A stretch of 64,000 nucleotides of DNA from a virus. Position 1 is the first letter of the stretch. Each line of letters starts with the position of its first letter. The notes below the pieces were generated by a model. The model did no database searches, was not told where the DNA came from, and saw only the letters and a list, made by a program, of their open reading frames with translations. A program made the position numbers and the translations under genes. The DNA is taken from IMG/VR virus record IMGVR_UViG_3300044912_000492, positions 1 to 64,000 of that record, one strand, 5' to 3'. Of the stretch, positions 23,800 to 33,464 are shown piece by piece.

Positions 23800-24225
23800 A
23801 TGCTGCGATCGCTAGACAACAGTAATGGTATTCAATATTACGGTGGGAATGATCCCGCAAAGATGAGTGGTAGATTCAAGAAGGGAGGATCAACGGGGGG
23901 GGGATCTAACTCGGTAGGCAAATCAAAAACGAGTAATTTTGTTTTAGGATTAAAAAAACAGGTTTCTGATACTGCTAAATATATTGGAAGTCGTACTAAT
24001 AAGCCTGAATTAATTAGAATGGCAGTTCAAAATACTAAGAATAATTTGATTGACAAAGCGACAACTGATATTAAGCGCGGAAATCAAAGATTGACTACAA
24101 AGACTAAGATTGATTCTAATATTCGCAGACAAAAACGCGCCATGACTTCAGGTGATATTTCTCGTAATGCTAGTATTCAATCCGCTAGACTTGAGACGCA
24201 AGGTCAACTCAATCTTTTGAGATAA
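23800..24225 (+). CDS. basic protein P1 with conserved N-terminal module (141 aa)
   Basis: Start set by homology at ATG 23800. MLRSLDNSNGIQYYGGNDPAKMSGRFKKGG, then a Gly/Ser linker and a K/R/N/T-rich tail. Paralogue of 25451..25861. Confidence 0.6.
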   Translation: MLRSLDNSNGIQYYGGNDPAKMSGRFKKGGSTGGGSNSVGKSKTSNFVLGLKKQVSDTAKYIGSRTNKPELIRMAVQNTKNNLIDKATTDIKRGNQRLTTKTKIDSNIRRQKRAMTSGDISRNASIQSARLETQGQLNLLR

Positions 24226-24228
24226 AAC

Positions 24229-25473
24229 ATGGACGGATTAAAGCCTCTCTACGGTGGTTTACTCAAGATACCCGCGCCATTAGAACTTAGTGGTAATTGG
24301 TGTTCAACTAATTGTCCCTATTGCTTCGCGAATCTTAACGCCCCTACTCGTACACTTGACGTTAACGGTGTTTCAAGACTATTAGCTGACTATCAAAACA
24401 GAAATACCATCGAGGGGTATTTACTACGTGATGGCTATCCTGTAATTGTCAGCAATCATATTGATCCGTTTAGCGCCTCAAACTATCGTCAGATGATTCC
24501 TTTTATGGAAACCATGACAGAGCTTGGTATACCTTACTCTGTGCAAACCAAGGGTGGAAAAGGATGGGAAAAGGTACTTGAGTTTATGCCGATCGGTGTT
24601 TGGTATGTGTCGATATCATTCTCCGATGATGAGACACGCAAATCTATAGAGCCTAGCGCACCGCCTTTAGAGCATCGCTATGAGTTGCTAGAAGCATTGA
24701 TATCAAAAGGGCATACGGTAATTGTCGGATGCAACCCATGTGAACCAGATTGGCTGTTAGACCCTATTCCGTTCTTTGACAATCTAAAAGAGATTGGCGT
24801 ATTTGGTACATGGATGGAAAATCTGCACATTAATACCAAGCAAAAAAAAGTAATGTCAGATCGCGATCGCAAGTTGTTAGGCGAAGACTTAATCAGTGAT
24901 TGCCTCAAGAAGAAACATAGCGATCCTTACAGGAAAGAATTTGTCGAGATGTGTAGGGAATACTCGCGATCAATAGGGTTAGAGAATTACAGCATTGCTA
25001 ATGGTAGGTATTCAAACTTTTTTGATGCTTACAAGATGTATCCGAAATTATTCCCAGTAGTTCAGCAATTTATTAATCGGTGCGCTACGTTAAATCGTGA
25101 GTTTTTCACACAACGAGAATGGGTAGAGTTTTTTACCCCGTTACTACCTACATTCGTAACATCGCAAAATTATCACTATATTGATAGCAATGTCAGAATG
25201 TGTCCTGAAAAGGCGCTAGGCTTTAAAGTACCAAAGAATCCAACGTTTGAGACAATCTTGAAATGCTCTTTGAAGTCTCATAATGTACCGTTTCATCCAG
25301 TTAACAAAGCTGCTTTCAGTTATGCTGTAGATAGTAATGGTAATTATTTATTAGACGATGTAGATAAATTGCCTATACTATGTTATGGCGCGGATGGGTG
25401 GACTCATACTATGATTGAGTATGATGACAATGAGATTAATGAGGTCGATTATGTTGGAATCATTAGACAATAG
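24229..25473 (+). CDS. radical SAM enzyme (414 aa)
   Basis: CSTNCPYC (CX3CX2C) at aa 25-32 in the GNWCSTNCPYCFAN context, similar to SplB/COG1533-type radical SAM proteins. Confidence 0.75.
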   Translation: MDGLKPLYGGLLKIPAPLELSGNWCSTNCPYCFANLNAPTRTLDVNGVSRLLADYQNRNTIEGYLLRDGYPVIVSNHIDPFSASNYRQMIPFMETMTELGIPYSVQTKGGKGWEKVLEFMPIGVWYVSISFSDDETRKSIEPSAPPLEHRYELLEALISKGHTVIVGCNPCEPDWLLDPIPFFDNLKEIGVFGTWMENLHINTKQKKVMSDRDRKLLGEDLISDCLKKKHSDPYRKEFVEMCREYSRSIGLENYSIANGRYSNFFDAYKMYPKLFPVVQQFINRCATLNREFFTQREWVEFFTPLLPTFVTSQNYHYIDSNVRMCPEKALGFKVPKNPTFETILKCSLKSHNVPFHPVNKAAFSYAVDSNGNYLLDDVDKLPILCYGADGWTHTMIEYDDNEINEVDYVGIIRQ

Positions 25474-25861
25474 CGACGGTGTTCAGTATTACGGTGGTAA
25501 CGATCCATCTAAGATGAGTGGTAGATTCAAGAAGGGCGGAGGCGGTGGAGGCTCTAGTGGTAGTGCTAAACGTAGCGCTGTAGGACAGCGTAGTAGTGTT
25601 GAGTCTAAGTTTGGTGCATTAGCAGGTAATATTGCTAAAAATCAAGCTATTCTTAAAAATCCCAGTTCAACGCCAGAACAACGGGCGATCGCGACACGCA
25701 AAATTATGGCTAACACAAGGACTGCGACGGGATCTATACAAAGAAATGTTGGAAGCGAGCAAATAACCTCTCGTTTTGGATTGCAATCTAGGGCGCAACA
25801 AGCGAGATCGGCGGCGCAAGCACCTTCTGTTTACGGTAATTCTCTTGGAATAATAAAATAA
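25451..25861 (+). CDS. basic protein P2 with conserved N-terminal module (136 aa)
   Basis: ATG 25451 behind a GAGG SD, overlapping the radical SAM stop. MLESLDNSDGVQYYGGNDPSKMSGRFKKGGGGGG, then a divergent basic tail. Confidence 0.6.
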   Translation: MLESLDNSDGVQYYGGNDPSKMSGRFKKGGGGGGSSGSAKRSAVGQRSSVESKFGALAGNIAKNQAILKNPSSTPEQRAIATRKIMANTRTATGSIQRNVGSEQITSRFGLQSRAQQARSAAQAPSVYGNSLGIIK

Positions 25862-25927
25862 AATAAGTAAGTTATATAGGGGCATCCCTATATAACTTAC
25901 TAGGAATAAAGTAGACTACTTGACATT

Positions 25928-26545
25928 ATGGCAGCACCAACAAAACATGATTGGGCAAAAATTAGCAAGGAATACATAGAAGCGCCTAGTGATGATTTGC
26001 GACCTTCATTAGTTGCTTTAGCATTAAAATATGGTGTAAGCATTAAATACATTGAACAGAAATGTTCAAAAGAAAAATGGGTGGAGCAATCCAAGATCTT
26101 TCTAAGGCGCGTCTCTCAAGAGTCAAAGCAAGAGAAAGTGTCAAGCCTAGCGGGTGAACAAACTAAGTTTGATGCTGATATTCTGACTGTTGCGAGAGCA
26201 TTGCAAGGGCAAATCATAGGTCATCTTAATGAAGCTAAGCAATCAAAAACGCTATTACCTCCAAAGGATATAAGCCTGTTATCGGGTTCGTTATCCACTA
26301 TTCAACGCATTGGACGGACAGCATTAGATTTTGATTCATGGACACCTGACAAAATCGTAAATGAGGCATTAAAACTTGGCTACCTTCTCACCGATCCTCG
26401 AACTCTTACCAGCGACACAGGCTCGGATGGAAAGAGCTTGGGAAAAGGTAGAGACTCAGATAGCACAGAAGCAAACCCGTTCGCAGACATACTCGCAACA
26501 ACAGAAGATACAACTACACCCGCTACAGCAAACGATCGCGAATAG
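25928..26545 (+). CDS. terS: terminase small subunit (205 aa)
   Basis: N-terminal HTH-like SLVALALKYGVSIKYIEQKCSKEKW; immediately upstream of TerL. Confidence 0.6.
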   Translation: MAAPTKHDWAKISKEYIEAPSDDLRPSLVALALKYGVSIKYIEQKCSKEKWVEQSKIFLRRVSQESKQEKVSSLAGEQTKFDADILTVARALQGQIIGHLNEAKQSKTLLPPKDISLLSGSLSTIQRIGRTALDFDSWTPDKIVNEALKLGYLLTDPRTLTSDTGSDGKSLGKGRDSDSTEANPFADILATTEDTTTPATANDRE

Positions 26546-27827
26546 CCAAGCTAAGTACACGATTGCAGTGTCAGGACGGCGCTTTGGTAAAACTGTATTG
26601 CAAATATACAAAGCCCTAGAACGTGTTGCGATTGGTGCGCCATATAATCCCGTTTCGCCGCCTGTGGTAGTGTTGGCTGCCCCTACCTTGGTTATGGCTC
26701 GTAGATTACTATGGAAGCAATTACAGAACATTCTACGCAATCACAAAGCAGTCGAGAATGTCAGCAAATCTGAGTTTACAATCACCTTTAAGAATCCTGA
26801 TCCGTATAAGTTCTATATGCCTGATTTAATGATCATGGGTTTGAATGATGGTGATGGTGATCGCGCCCGTGGTTTGCGTCTATGGCATTTTGGCGGTGAT
26901 GAGTGGCAAGACTGGAAAGCAAGTATTTTCCCAGAAATTATTCAGCCAGCATTGTCTGATACGCAAGGGAGTACAGCGCTATTCACCTATACACCCAAAG
27001 GCAAAAGCAATCATACCTATGATGCTTACGAAAATGCACTTGTAGCCGATCCGATGGTATGGCAAGCGTTTAAATATAAGAGTGTGGATAATCCGCACCT
27101 TAAGCCAGAAGATATTGAGTTGCTTAGGCAGAGCTTGTCTCCAAGGCTATTCCGTCAAGAGATGGAAGCATCATTTGAAATGTTTGAGGGACAATTCTTT
27201 GAGACGTTAAGCGCTAGGCATATCATCAGCGACCGCGATTTACCTAGTGAGTTTGCGTATCGTATCTTATCGGTTGATTGGGGCGCGGTTAATCCAAGAG
27301 CCTTAGTGGTTTGCGCCTTTATCAAAGATGGCTTTTATCATTGGTTTGTAGTTGATGAGTGGCGCGTACCTAGGACGATGCAAGGTCAGGCAATATTAGA
27401 AGATGACTTTATTTACGAATGCCATAAGTTAGCGATGAAGTGGCAAGTTAACAGAGCCTTTGGTGATCCCTCTAGACCTGATGCAATCAAATCATTACGG
27501 GTGTGGAAACCCAAAGAGGGGCAAATATTCAAGGAAACATTCAAAAATTACTGCTCAGAAGTTAGGGGCGCGGTCAATGATTTTATTAAGGGCATTGACT
27601 TAATGAGCAGTGACTTCTATCACGAACGGATCAAGATCGTAGACACATTGCCTCAATTCTTTGAAGAGTGCCAATCGTATCACCGCAAAAAAGATAAGTA
27701 TGGCAACATCACAGAAGAAGAAGCAGGTAATCAAGTGACGCATGGTATCGACTGCCTACGCTATGCGATCGCGTCAATGCCGCCCGTTAATCGTCAATCA
27801 AGCTTTGGTAGTAGTAGAGCTATGTAG
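26376..27827 (+). CDS. terL: terminase large subunit (483 aa; start 26376 or 26427)
   Basis: Walker A-like VSGRRFGKT and Walker B-like HFGGDEWQD. There is no Met after aa 18, so at least 119 nt of overlap with terS is unavoidable. Confidence 0.75.
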   Translation: MATFSPILELLPATQARMERAWEKVETQIAQKQTRSQTYSQQQKIQLHPLQQTIANSQAKYTIAVSGRRFGKTVLQIYKALERVAIGAPYNPVSPPVVVLAAPTLVMARRLLWKQLQNILRNHKAVENVSKSEFTITFKNPDPYKFYMPDLMIMGLNDGDGDRARGLRLWHFGGDEWQDWKASIFPEIIQPALSDTQGSTALFTYTPKGKSNHTYDAYENALVADPMVWQAFKYKSVDNPHLKPEDIELLRQSLSPRLFRQEMEASFEMFEGQFFETLSARHIISDRDLPSEFAYRILSVDWGAVNPRALVVCAFIKDGFYHWFVVDEWRVPRTMQGQAILEDDFIYECHKLAMKWQVNRAFGDPSRPDAIKSLRVWKPKEGQIFKETFKNYCSEVRGAVNDFIKGIDLMSSDFYHERIKIVDTLPQFFEECQSYHRKKDKYGNITEEEAGNQVTHGIDCLRYAIASMPPVNRQSSFGSSRAM

Positions 27828-27828
27828 A

Positions 27829-27866
27829 CAACAAAAAGCGCCATATCACTACAGCGCTTTTTGTTG
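27829..27866. terminator. bidirectional terminator between convergent terL and scaffold genes
   Basis: CAACAAAAAGCGC-catatcactaca-GCGCTTTTTGTTG. Confidence 0.75.
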
Positions 27867-27880
27867 ATTGAGTCAGCTAA

Positions 27881-28633
27881 TTAGCTAAGTCCTAACCCTT
27901 TCTTCACTAAATCCATCGGATCGGCTGTGCGATTGAAATCACTGGTTTGACGCTTACCACTGCCATTAGGGATATTGTCGCCACTAGCGCGATTAAGTGG
28001 CTTTGCTGCTGATGGTTTCTTAGCTGCAATCTCGTTAGCCCAATCCTCAATCGTAAAGGGTACAGTCTTTTTATCCACAACCTTAAAGCGCTGGGTGCGA
28101 TCCTTGACGGATTCAACCACAATCACCTCATACTCACCATCTTCATTTTCGATCGCTTCTAGTTGCTTAGCATATGCAGGGTTATTGGTTAAATCATCAA
28201 GAAATTCAGATCTAAAAACTTGAGCAAAAGCGGCTTTAATTTCTTTTTTAATGAATTGCTGCTTAACCTTTGCATCTTTCTCTTCTAGCCTTTGCAGTGC
28301 CTCTTCTTCGCGCTTCTTGGCTGCTGCTTTTTCGGCTGCTGTTTCGGTCAAAAGTTGCTCTTTGAGCTTTGCAAAATCACCTGTCCGTTTTGCTCTCTCT
28401 TCTTCATCTAAGCGCTCTTTTTCCTTGAGTTGCTCATCCTTTTGTTTAACCAATGCTTGAGCGGCGTTCAATTCATCGCGCAATTTTTTAAGAGTGCGCT
28501 TTACCGTGTCATCTTCTTCTGGTTTTGCGGGTGCTTTTACCTCATCTGTAGCACTTCCACTGCTAACGCCATCGGTAGAGTCAGCGCCGCTTTCTTCATT
28601 CTGGTAGAAATAGTTTCTAAATTTAAATCGCAT
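27881..28633 (-). CDS. scaffolding protein (250 aa)
   Basis: Long K/E/A-rich coiled-coil region (EKERLDEEERAKR...AAEKAAAKKREEEALQRLEEK); position between the portal and capsid modules. Confidence 0.6.
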   Translation of the reverse strand: MRFKFRNYFYQNEESGADSTDGVSSGSATDEVKAPAKPEEDDTVKRTLKKLRDELNAAQALVKQKDEQLKEKERLDEEERAKRTGDFAKLKEQLLTETAAEKAAAKKREEEALQRLEEKDAKVKQQFIKKEIKAAFAQVFRSEFLDDLTNNPAYAKQLEAIENEDGEYEVIVVESVKDRTQRFKVVDKKTVPFTIEDWANEIAAKKPSAAKPLNRASGDNIPNGSGKRQTSDFNRTADPMDLVKKGLGLS

Positions 28634-28635
28634 AT

Positions 28636-29004
28636 TTAAGCTCTAGTGTGTTTTCCTGATAGACTCGCACAATTCTGTAGTTGCAAATTGTCGATAAGCC
28701 ATTGCCGATCGCCATTGTATAAAGTCATTGTAGCTCTTAGATCAGAGCCGCTTTGCTTAGTAATACTGTAAAACGATGGGACAGATTGACTGGTTACTCC
28801 AAGGCTACCATCGGTCATCTGAGTATCGATAGTAGTTTTGTATGCGTCTAATCCGTCAAGCTTTGATTGTACCTCAGTTATAGCACTCACTCCATAGGTG
28901 TCTTCATAGGTTGTGAGGGTGCTTTCAATCAATGCGTAGTAATCGCGTGTGAGATTGAGGTACTTAACAATGCGATCGCGATCGTTGGTTGTCCATGTAC
29001 TCAT
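28636..29004 (-). CDS. hypothetical head-module protein (122 aa)
   Basis: Sits between the portal and scaffold genes, overlapping the portal stop. Confidence 0.5.
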   Translation of the reverse strand: MSTWTTNDRDRIVKYLNLTRDYYALIESTLTTYEDTYGVSAITEVQSKLDGLDAYKTTIDTQMTDGSLGVTSQSVPSFYSITKQSGSDLRATMTLYNGDRQWLIDNLQLQNCASLSGKHTRA

Positions 29005-30650
29005 GATTCCGCCTCCGTTTCATTTTCTTCATCTTCATCTTCGCTATCGTCTTCTTCTTCGTCGTCAATCTCAGTCTCTACCGATTGGCTTTGATTAGCA
29101 TTAGCAACCATCTCAACAGGCGGCGCGATCGCCACAATTTTCTGATCTTTGGGTAAGAAATTAATTCTATGCAAAATCTCAGTAGCTGCTTCTTCGGTTA
29201 ATCCTTTATTGATTACCTCAAAGATAGTGCGAATCAAGTTCACATCAGCAGGGGCAAGAATAAAGCTCAAATCTACGTCAATTGTACCGTGATCAGCCCT
29301 TACGTCTTCACCTTCCCACATTGCCCAATGGCAAAAGACTTGCTGAGAGCATGATTCTTTATTGACTTCATACTCTTGCAATCCTGCTTCATTTTGCCCT
29401 GCCTTGATGCTCACCTCAGTAGCAGATTGTTGGACAAATGATTCACCCAAAAAGTTGAAAACAGTTTGTTTAATCAGTGATTCTAATCGGTCTAGAGCCT
29501 CAATCATAGGCGCGACACTATTAGCATCAGCTTGCAAATAGTAAACCTTAGCGGCTCCGATCTGGGTTAGCACTGTCTCAATAACAGCAGCACCGCCTGT
29601 TGACAAAGGATTAAGCTTTTCTGGAATAAAGTCAATGTGTTCACGAACAGCAGTCGGTTGCATCTTGCGAACTGTTGCAAGCCAATCGCTAAATACTTGG
29701 TAATAAGTATGATTCTTTTGCTGTAAATCAAGTAAAGGCGGTATCGTATCCCAAGGGTTAGCACTGGTTACTGAGTACAGCACAAAAGGGATTTGACTTA
29801 GTGGCTTACCATTGGTATCTAACAATGGCTTAGGTGCTTCTACCTCTCGATATTCTTTTTCGCCTTTGTCGTTGGTTTCAATGCAAGTTACCGATCGCAT
29901 CACAGCATAATAAATACGATCCTCCTCTTGTACTTTGATTAGCTCGTATTCCCAGCAATAGTTTTTCATTGACTGCTTATAACGAGTTTCGCTAATCACC
30001 TCACTCCGATCAATGGTGACGTGCTTGAGTAGTACCGATCCGTCATTGGTGTATTCGTAATCCTTAATATCAATATCAAGCCTAGGGATTAGCACCGAAT
30101 AGGGGCGCAAATCTAATTGCTGTTCAACCGCACGATTAGGAATTTCGCCAAAATTAGGATAGAGGGTAAGCACTCCCACAAAGCCATCACGTACAGCCAT
30201 GCGATCGGCTTCAAGAAAGAATGCTCTTATTGATGTACCGCGCTTATCAAAATTTTTAGAGGCATTGACAACTGATTCGGGTACATTGCCACTAAGCACC
30301 CATTTACTTAGCAGACTAGATACAATTTTGACGGCTGGCTTAAAAAAGTTAACAAATAGCGATCGCCTTAATCTGAAATACCACTCTTTTGGTGTTTCGC
30401 TTGGCATGAGTGGTAAATACTCCTCAGCCAAATTATCGATAATCTGATCAAGGTTCTCGCCATAAATCCAAGCGCTTTGCCCCTCATAGAAGTCAATACA
30501 ACGCCTTACATTAGCTTGCTGCCTTTGGTACGCAATGCTCTTTAATGTTGGATTGTTATCATCGCCAAGTATGTTACCGCCTCGATAGCCTTTAGCGATC
30601 GCCTCTGGTAATTGATTTGGCTGTAGCGTGATTAAAGTTTCTGTTGTCAT
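29001..30650 (-). CDS. portal protein (549 aa)
   Basis: Positional call: large ORF heading the portal-scaffold operon, divergent from the capsid gene. Highly acidic C-terminal tail EIDDEEEDDSEDEDEENETEAES. Confidence 0.6.
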   Translation of the reverse strand: MTTETLITLQPNQLPEAIAKGYRGGNILGDDNNPTLKSIAYQRQQANVRRCIDFYEGQSAWIYGENLDQIIDNLAEEYLPLMPSETPKEWYFRLRRSLFVNFFKPAVKIVSSLLSKWVLSGNVPESVVNASKNFDKRGTSIRAFFLEADRMAVRDGFVGVLTLYPNFGEIPNRAVEQQLDLRPYSVLIPRLDIDIKDYEYTNDGSVLLKHVTIDRSEVISETRYKQSMKNYCWEYELIKVQEEDRIYYAVMRSVTCIETNDKGEKEYREVEAPKPLLDTNGKPLSQIPFVLYSVTSANPWDTIPPLLDLQQKNHTYYQVFSDWLATVRKMQPTAVREHIDFIPEKLNPLSTGGAAVIETVLTQIGAAKVYYLQADANSVAPMIEALDRLESLIKQTVFNFLGESFVQQSATEVSIKAGQNEAGLQEYEVNKESCSQQVFCHWAMWEGEDVRADHGTIDVDLSFILAPADVNLIRTIFEVINKGLTEEAATEILHRINFLPKDQKIVAIAPPVEMVANANQSQSVETEIDDEEEDDSEDEDEENETEAES

Positions 30651-30818
30651 TTTTGCAACATTAATTATTAATATGATATTATCAGCTTAATCTGAGTTAA
30701 TGGGGCGTGATGCCCTAATTAATAAAAGATTGCGGAAAAGATTAGAAGTGATTTCTAACTTTGAGCGTGATGCCCCCCGCTACACAGCAAAGCACTCAAA
30801 GTTTAGGAAATCATAAAT

Positions 30819-31772
30819 ATGGCAGCTTTAACACTATTAGAAATGGCGAAGCAAGCCCGTGAGATGGGAGACATCTTAAAGGCTGGCATTGTTGAACAAT
30901 ATGCGGGTAATTCTCCGATCCTTGACGTAATTACGTTTGAAGAGCGTGCAGGTGGTGTTGTTGAGTGGCTACAAGAGAAGCGACTTCCTGTAATGGCTAA
31001 CCGTGCGATCAATGAAGGCTTCACAGCAGATATCGGTGAAGTTGAGCGACGGATCGAGAAAGTCGTTATCGCTGGTGGTGAAATTAAGATCGATACGGCT
31101 GGCTTAAAGCTGTATGGCGAAAACGTCCTAACCACTCAAATCTCTATGGCGCTTAAGTCTTTACAACTTAAATGGCATGGTGATTTCTTTAACGGCGATC
31201 ATGCTGCTAACCCTAAAGAATTTTCAGGACTTAAAACCCGCGCTGGTGGTACTCAGCTAGTACAAGCTGGTAGCGCTTCGGGTGGTGATGCATTGTCTCT
31301 CAGTGCATTGCGTCGAGCGATCGCTAAAGTACGCCCTGTAAATCCACGCGCTCAACTACGCATTTACTCTAATCTTGAGCTAGCTTTGCGCTACCAAGAT
31401 GCAATCAGCAACCCTTCGATTTCTGGTTACGTTGTGCAAACCAAGAATGATGTAGGCGTAGAAGCTCCTACCTTCAAAGGTATCCCTTGGTACGCAATTG
31501 AAGAAGATGCAGAGGGCGATCAAATCCTTGGCTTTACCGAAACTGGAAGCGGCGGCGGATCGGCGGTTTGCTCTTCGATCTACGTTGTTGCGTTCAGCCC
31601 TGAAGATCTTACAGGTATCCAAACAGGCGGTATCGATGTTCGCGACATGGGTGAGATGCAAACTGAAACTAAGCGCTTGATCCGTATGGATTGGTTGAAC
31701 AATTTCGCAACCTATAACCCTCGCTCCTTTGTTCGCCTTGCTGGTGTAAAGGACGCTGCTTTTACTGCTTAA
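30819..31772 (+). CDS. major capsid protein, probably HK97-fold (317 aa)
   Basis: Positional and compositional call: first gene of the rightward structural operon, typical length, no enzymatic motifs. Confidence 0.65.
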   Translation: MAALTLLEMAKQAREMGDILKAGIVEQYAGNSPILDVITFEERAGGVVEWLQEKRLPVMANRAINEGFTADIGEVERRIEKVVIAGGEIKIDTAGLKLYGENVLTTQISMALKSLQLKWHGDFFNGDHAANPKEFSGLKTRAGGTQLVQAGSASGGDALSLSALRRAIAKVRPVNPRAQLRIYSNLELALRYQDAISNPSISGYVVQTKNDVGVEAPTFKGIPWYAIEEDAEGDQILGFTETGSGGGSAVCSSIYVVAFSPEDLTGIQTGGIDVRDMGEMQTETKRLIRMDWLNNFATYNPRSFVRLAGVKDAAFTA

Positions 31773-31839
31773 TTCAATTCTGTGAATTTACAGGATTGAT
31801 ATTTATCAAGGCTTTTAGCCACATTATCTGGAGAAAATT

Positions 31840-32286
31840 ATGGTCTACTCAGGCGCTTTTAAATCTACATTGCCCCGTCGCGCTAATACCGCGCAAGTTG
31901 ACGCTCTTACTGTTTTGCGTGATTACACGGCGGCGGCTCTCAGTGCAACTACTAATGGCACTCCTATCGAATATCCTTTTACTGCTGAAGAATCGGTAAA
32001 GGTGATCATTAATCAGGCTGCTTACTCTAGCTATTCGGCTGGTTCGGTTAGCTGGACTCTATCTCTTGAAGTTTGCGACACTGTTGGCGGTACTTATAGG
32101 CAAGTCGCCTCTATTGCCCCCACCGTAGCGGCTGGCGCGGCTCTCAATGGTCAAGAGGTCTTTTTGAGCGGTGAACAAATCAACAAAACTTTTGCTAATG
32201 CAAGGTTTTTACGAATTGTCGCAACTAAACTCAGCACAGCAGGAAACCTCACTTTCGGTGCATACCTCGTTCCTTCTGGTTGCTAA
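31840..32286 (+). CDS. structural protein (148 aa)
   Basis: Ala/Thr/Ser-rich ORF directly after the capsid gene; possible decoration or head-associated protein. Confidence 0.5.
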   Translation: MVYSGAFKSTLPRRANTAQVDALTVLRDYTAAALSATTNGTPIEYPFTAEESVKVIINQAAYSSYSAGSVSWTLSLEVCDTVGGTYRQVASIAPTVAAGAALNGQEVFLSGEQINKTFANARFLRIVATKLSTAGNLTFGAYLVPSGC

Positions 32287-32288
32287 TC

Positions 32289-32477
32289 ATGAAAATGAAT
32301 CTTTATCATCCTGAAACGGGTGAGCTATTCCGTATTCATCATCATGATGTTGATGGCTGGATCGCAAACGGGTTTCTAACCTCACCGCCTGATCTGAATC
32401 CGATTGCTACTGAAGAAACAGAAGCGATCGCACCAAAACCCAAAGCAAAGAAATCCGCACCTGTGGAACCCGAATAA
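32289..32477 (+). CDS. hypothetical protein (62 aa)
   Basis: ATG 32289 (MKMNLYHPETG); followed by a terminator. Confidence 0.45.
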   Translation: MKMNLYHPETGELFRIHHHDVDGWIANGFLTSPPDLNPIATEETEAIAPKPKAKKSAPVEPE

Positions 32478-32487
32478 ATCTAAACGG

Positions 32488-32516
32488 AATAGGCGATCGC
32501 AAGGTCGCCTATTTTA
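32488..32516 (+). terminator. rho-independent terminator
   Basis: AATAGGCGA-tcgcaagg-TCGCCTATT followed by TTAATAA. Confidence 0.65.
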
Positions 32517-32522
32517 ATAAAA

Positions 32523-33464
32523 ATGACAGTACAAACTGATTTACAAACAAATTTAGACGCTTACATACAAGCTAATTTCTCTGGTAGTTTAGCTGAAGTT
32601 TCGGCTACCAAAAAACCGTTAGAGGATTTGCTAGACATACAGCAATCACTAAGCAGTGGCGGCGGTTCTGGTGGCGTTGCTGATACGACTGCAACAGGTA
32701 CAATTACCACTCAAAATCTAGTTCCCGCTGGCGTTGCAACGGCTGGCTCCGCTGTATCTATAGACCTTGATAGCAAAGGTACAGTTACAATCCAAGTAAC
32801 TGGAACTTATACAGGCGCTCTATCAGCGCAAATCACGACCGATGGGACTAATTGGATTACTCCAACAAATACCGTATTTAAAGATATGACCACAGGTGCG
32901 AATAAGGCAGCTATTCCAAGCGCATCTGTGGGGATTTGGCAGATTGAAGTTATAGGGCATGCAAAATTTAGATTGAGCGCTCTTGCAGCCGTCACAGGTA
33001 CAGCTACTATTGCTCTAAGAGCAGCGGCAAATACTTCACAAGTAAGCGTTGCGGGTGTATCTACAGCAGCGAATCAAACAACTGGAAATGATTCTCTAAC
33101 GAGTATTGACACTAAACTCCCTGCGAGTTTGGGCGCAAAAGCTCCTTCTGCTTCGCTATCAGTTACCCAAGCTTTTGCGGCAACTTCCACCCTAGCGAAC
33201 GTGGCTAGTAGTGCGACATCGGTTAGTTTATTAGCTGCAAATAACAATCGAAAAACAGCGATTATTATTAATGATTCAACTTCAGATTTATACGTTACCC
33301 TTAATGCAAGCGCCGCAAGCACAACAAACTATTCATTATTTTTAGCCGCCAAAGTTGGTAACACGCCATCATTTTTAGCTATAAATGGTGATGATTATTC
33401 GGGTGAAATTAGAGGGATTTGGAGTAGTGCCAATGGCTTCGCAAGAATTACGGAGGTCGTGTAA
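32523..33464 (+). CDS. structural protein, fibre/tail-like (313 aa)
   Basis: Ala/Thr/Ser/Gly-rich beta-type composition; in the structural operon. Confidence 0.5.
   Translation: MTVQTDLQTNLDAYIQANFSGSLAEVSATKKPLEDLLDIQQSLSSGGGSGGVADTTATGTITTQNLVPAGVATAGSAVSIDLDSKGTVTIQVTGTYTGALSAQITTDGTNWITPTNTVFKDMTTGANKAAIPSASVGIWQIEVIGHAKFRLSALAAVTGTATIALRAAANTSQVSVAGVSTAANQTTGNDSLTSIDTKLPASLGAKAPSASLSVTQAFAATSTLANVASSATSVSLLAANNNRKTAIIINDSTSDLYVTLNASAASTTNYSLFLAAKVGNTPSFLAINGDDYSGEIRGIWSSANGFARITEVV

Noticed and set aside
27907-29094. Ser/Ala/Cys-rich plus-strand ORFs (27975..28223, 28251..28460, 28430..28639, 28867..29094).
   Set aside because: They are low-complexity mirror images of the K/E-rich scaffold gene and of the acidic portal tail on the opposite strand.
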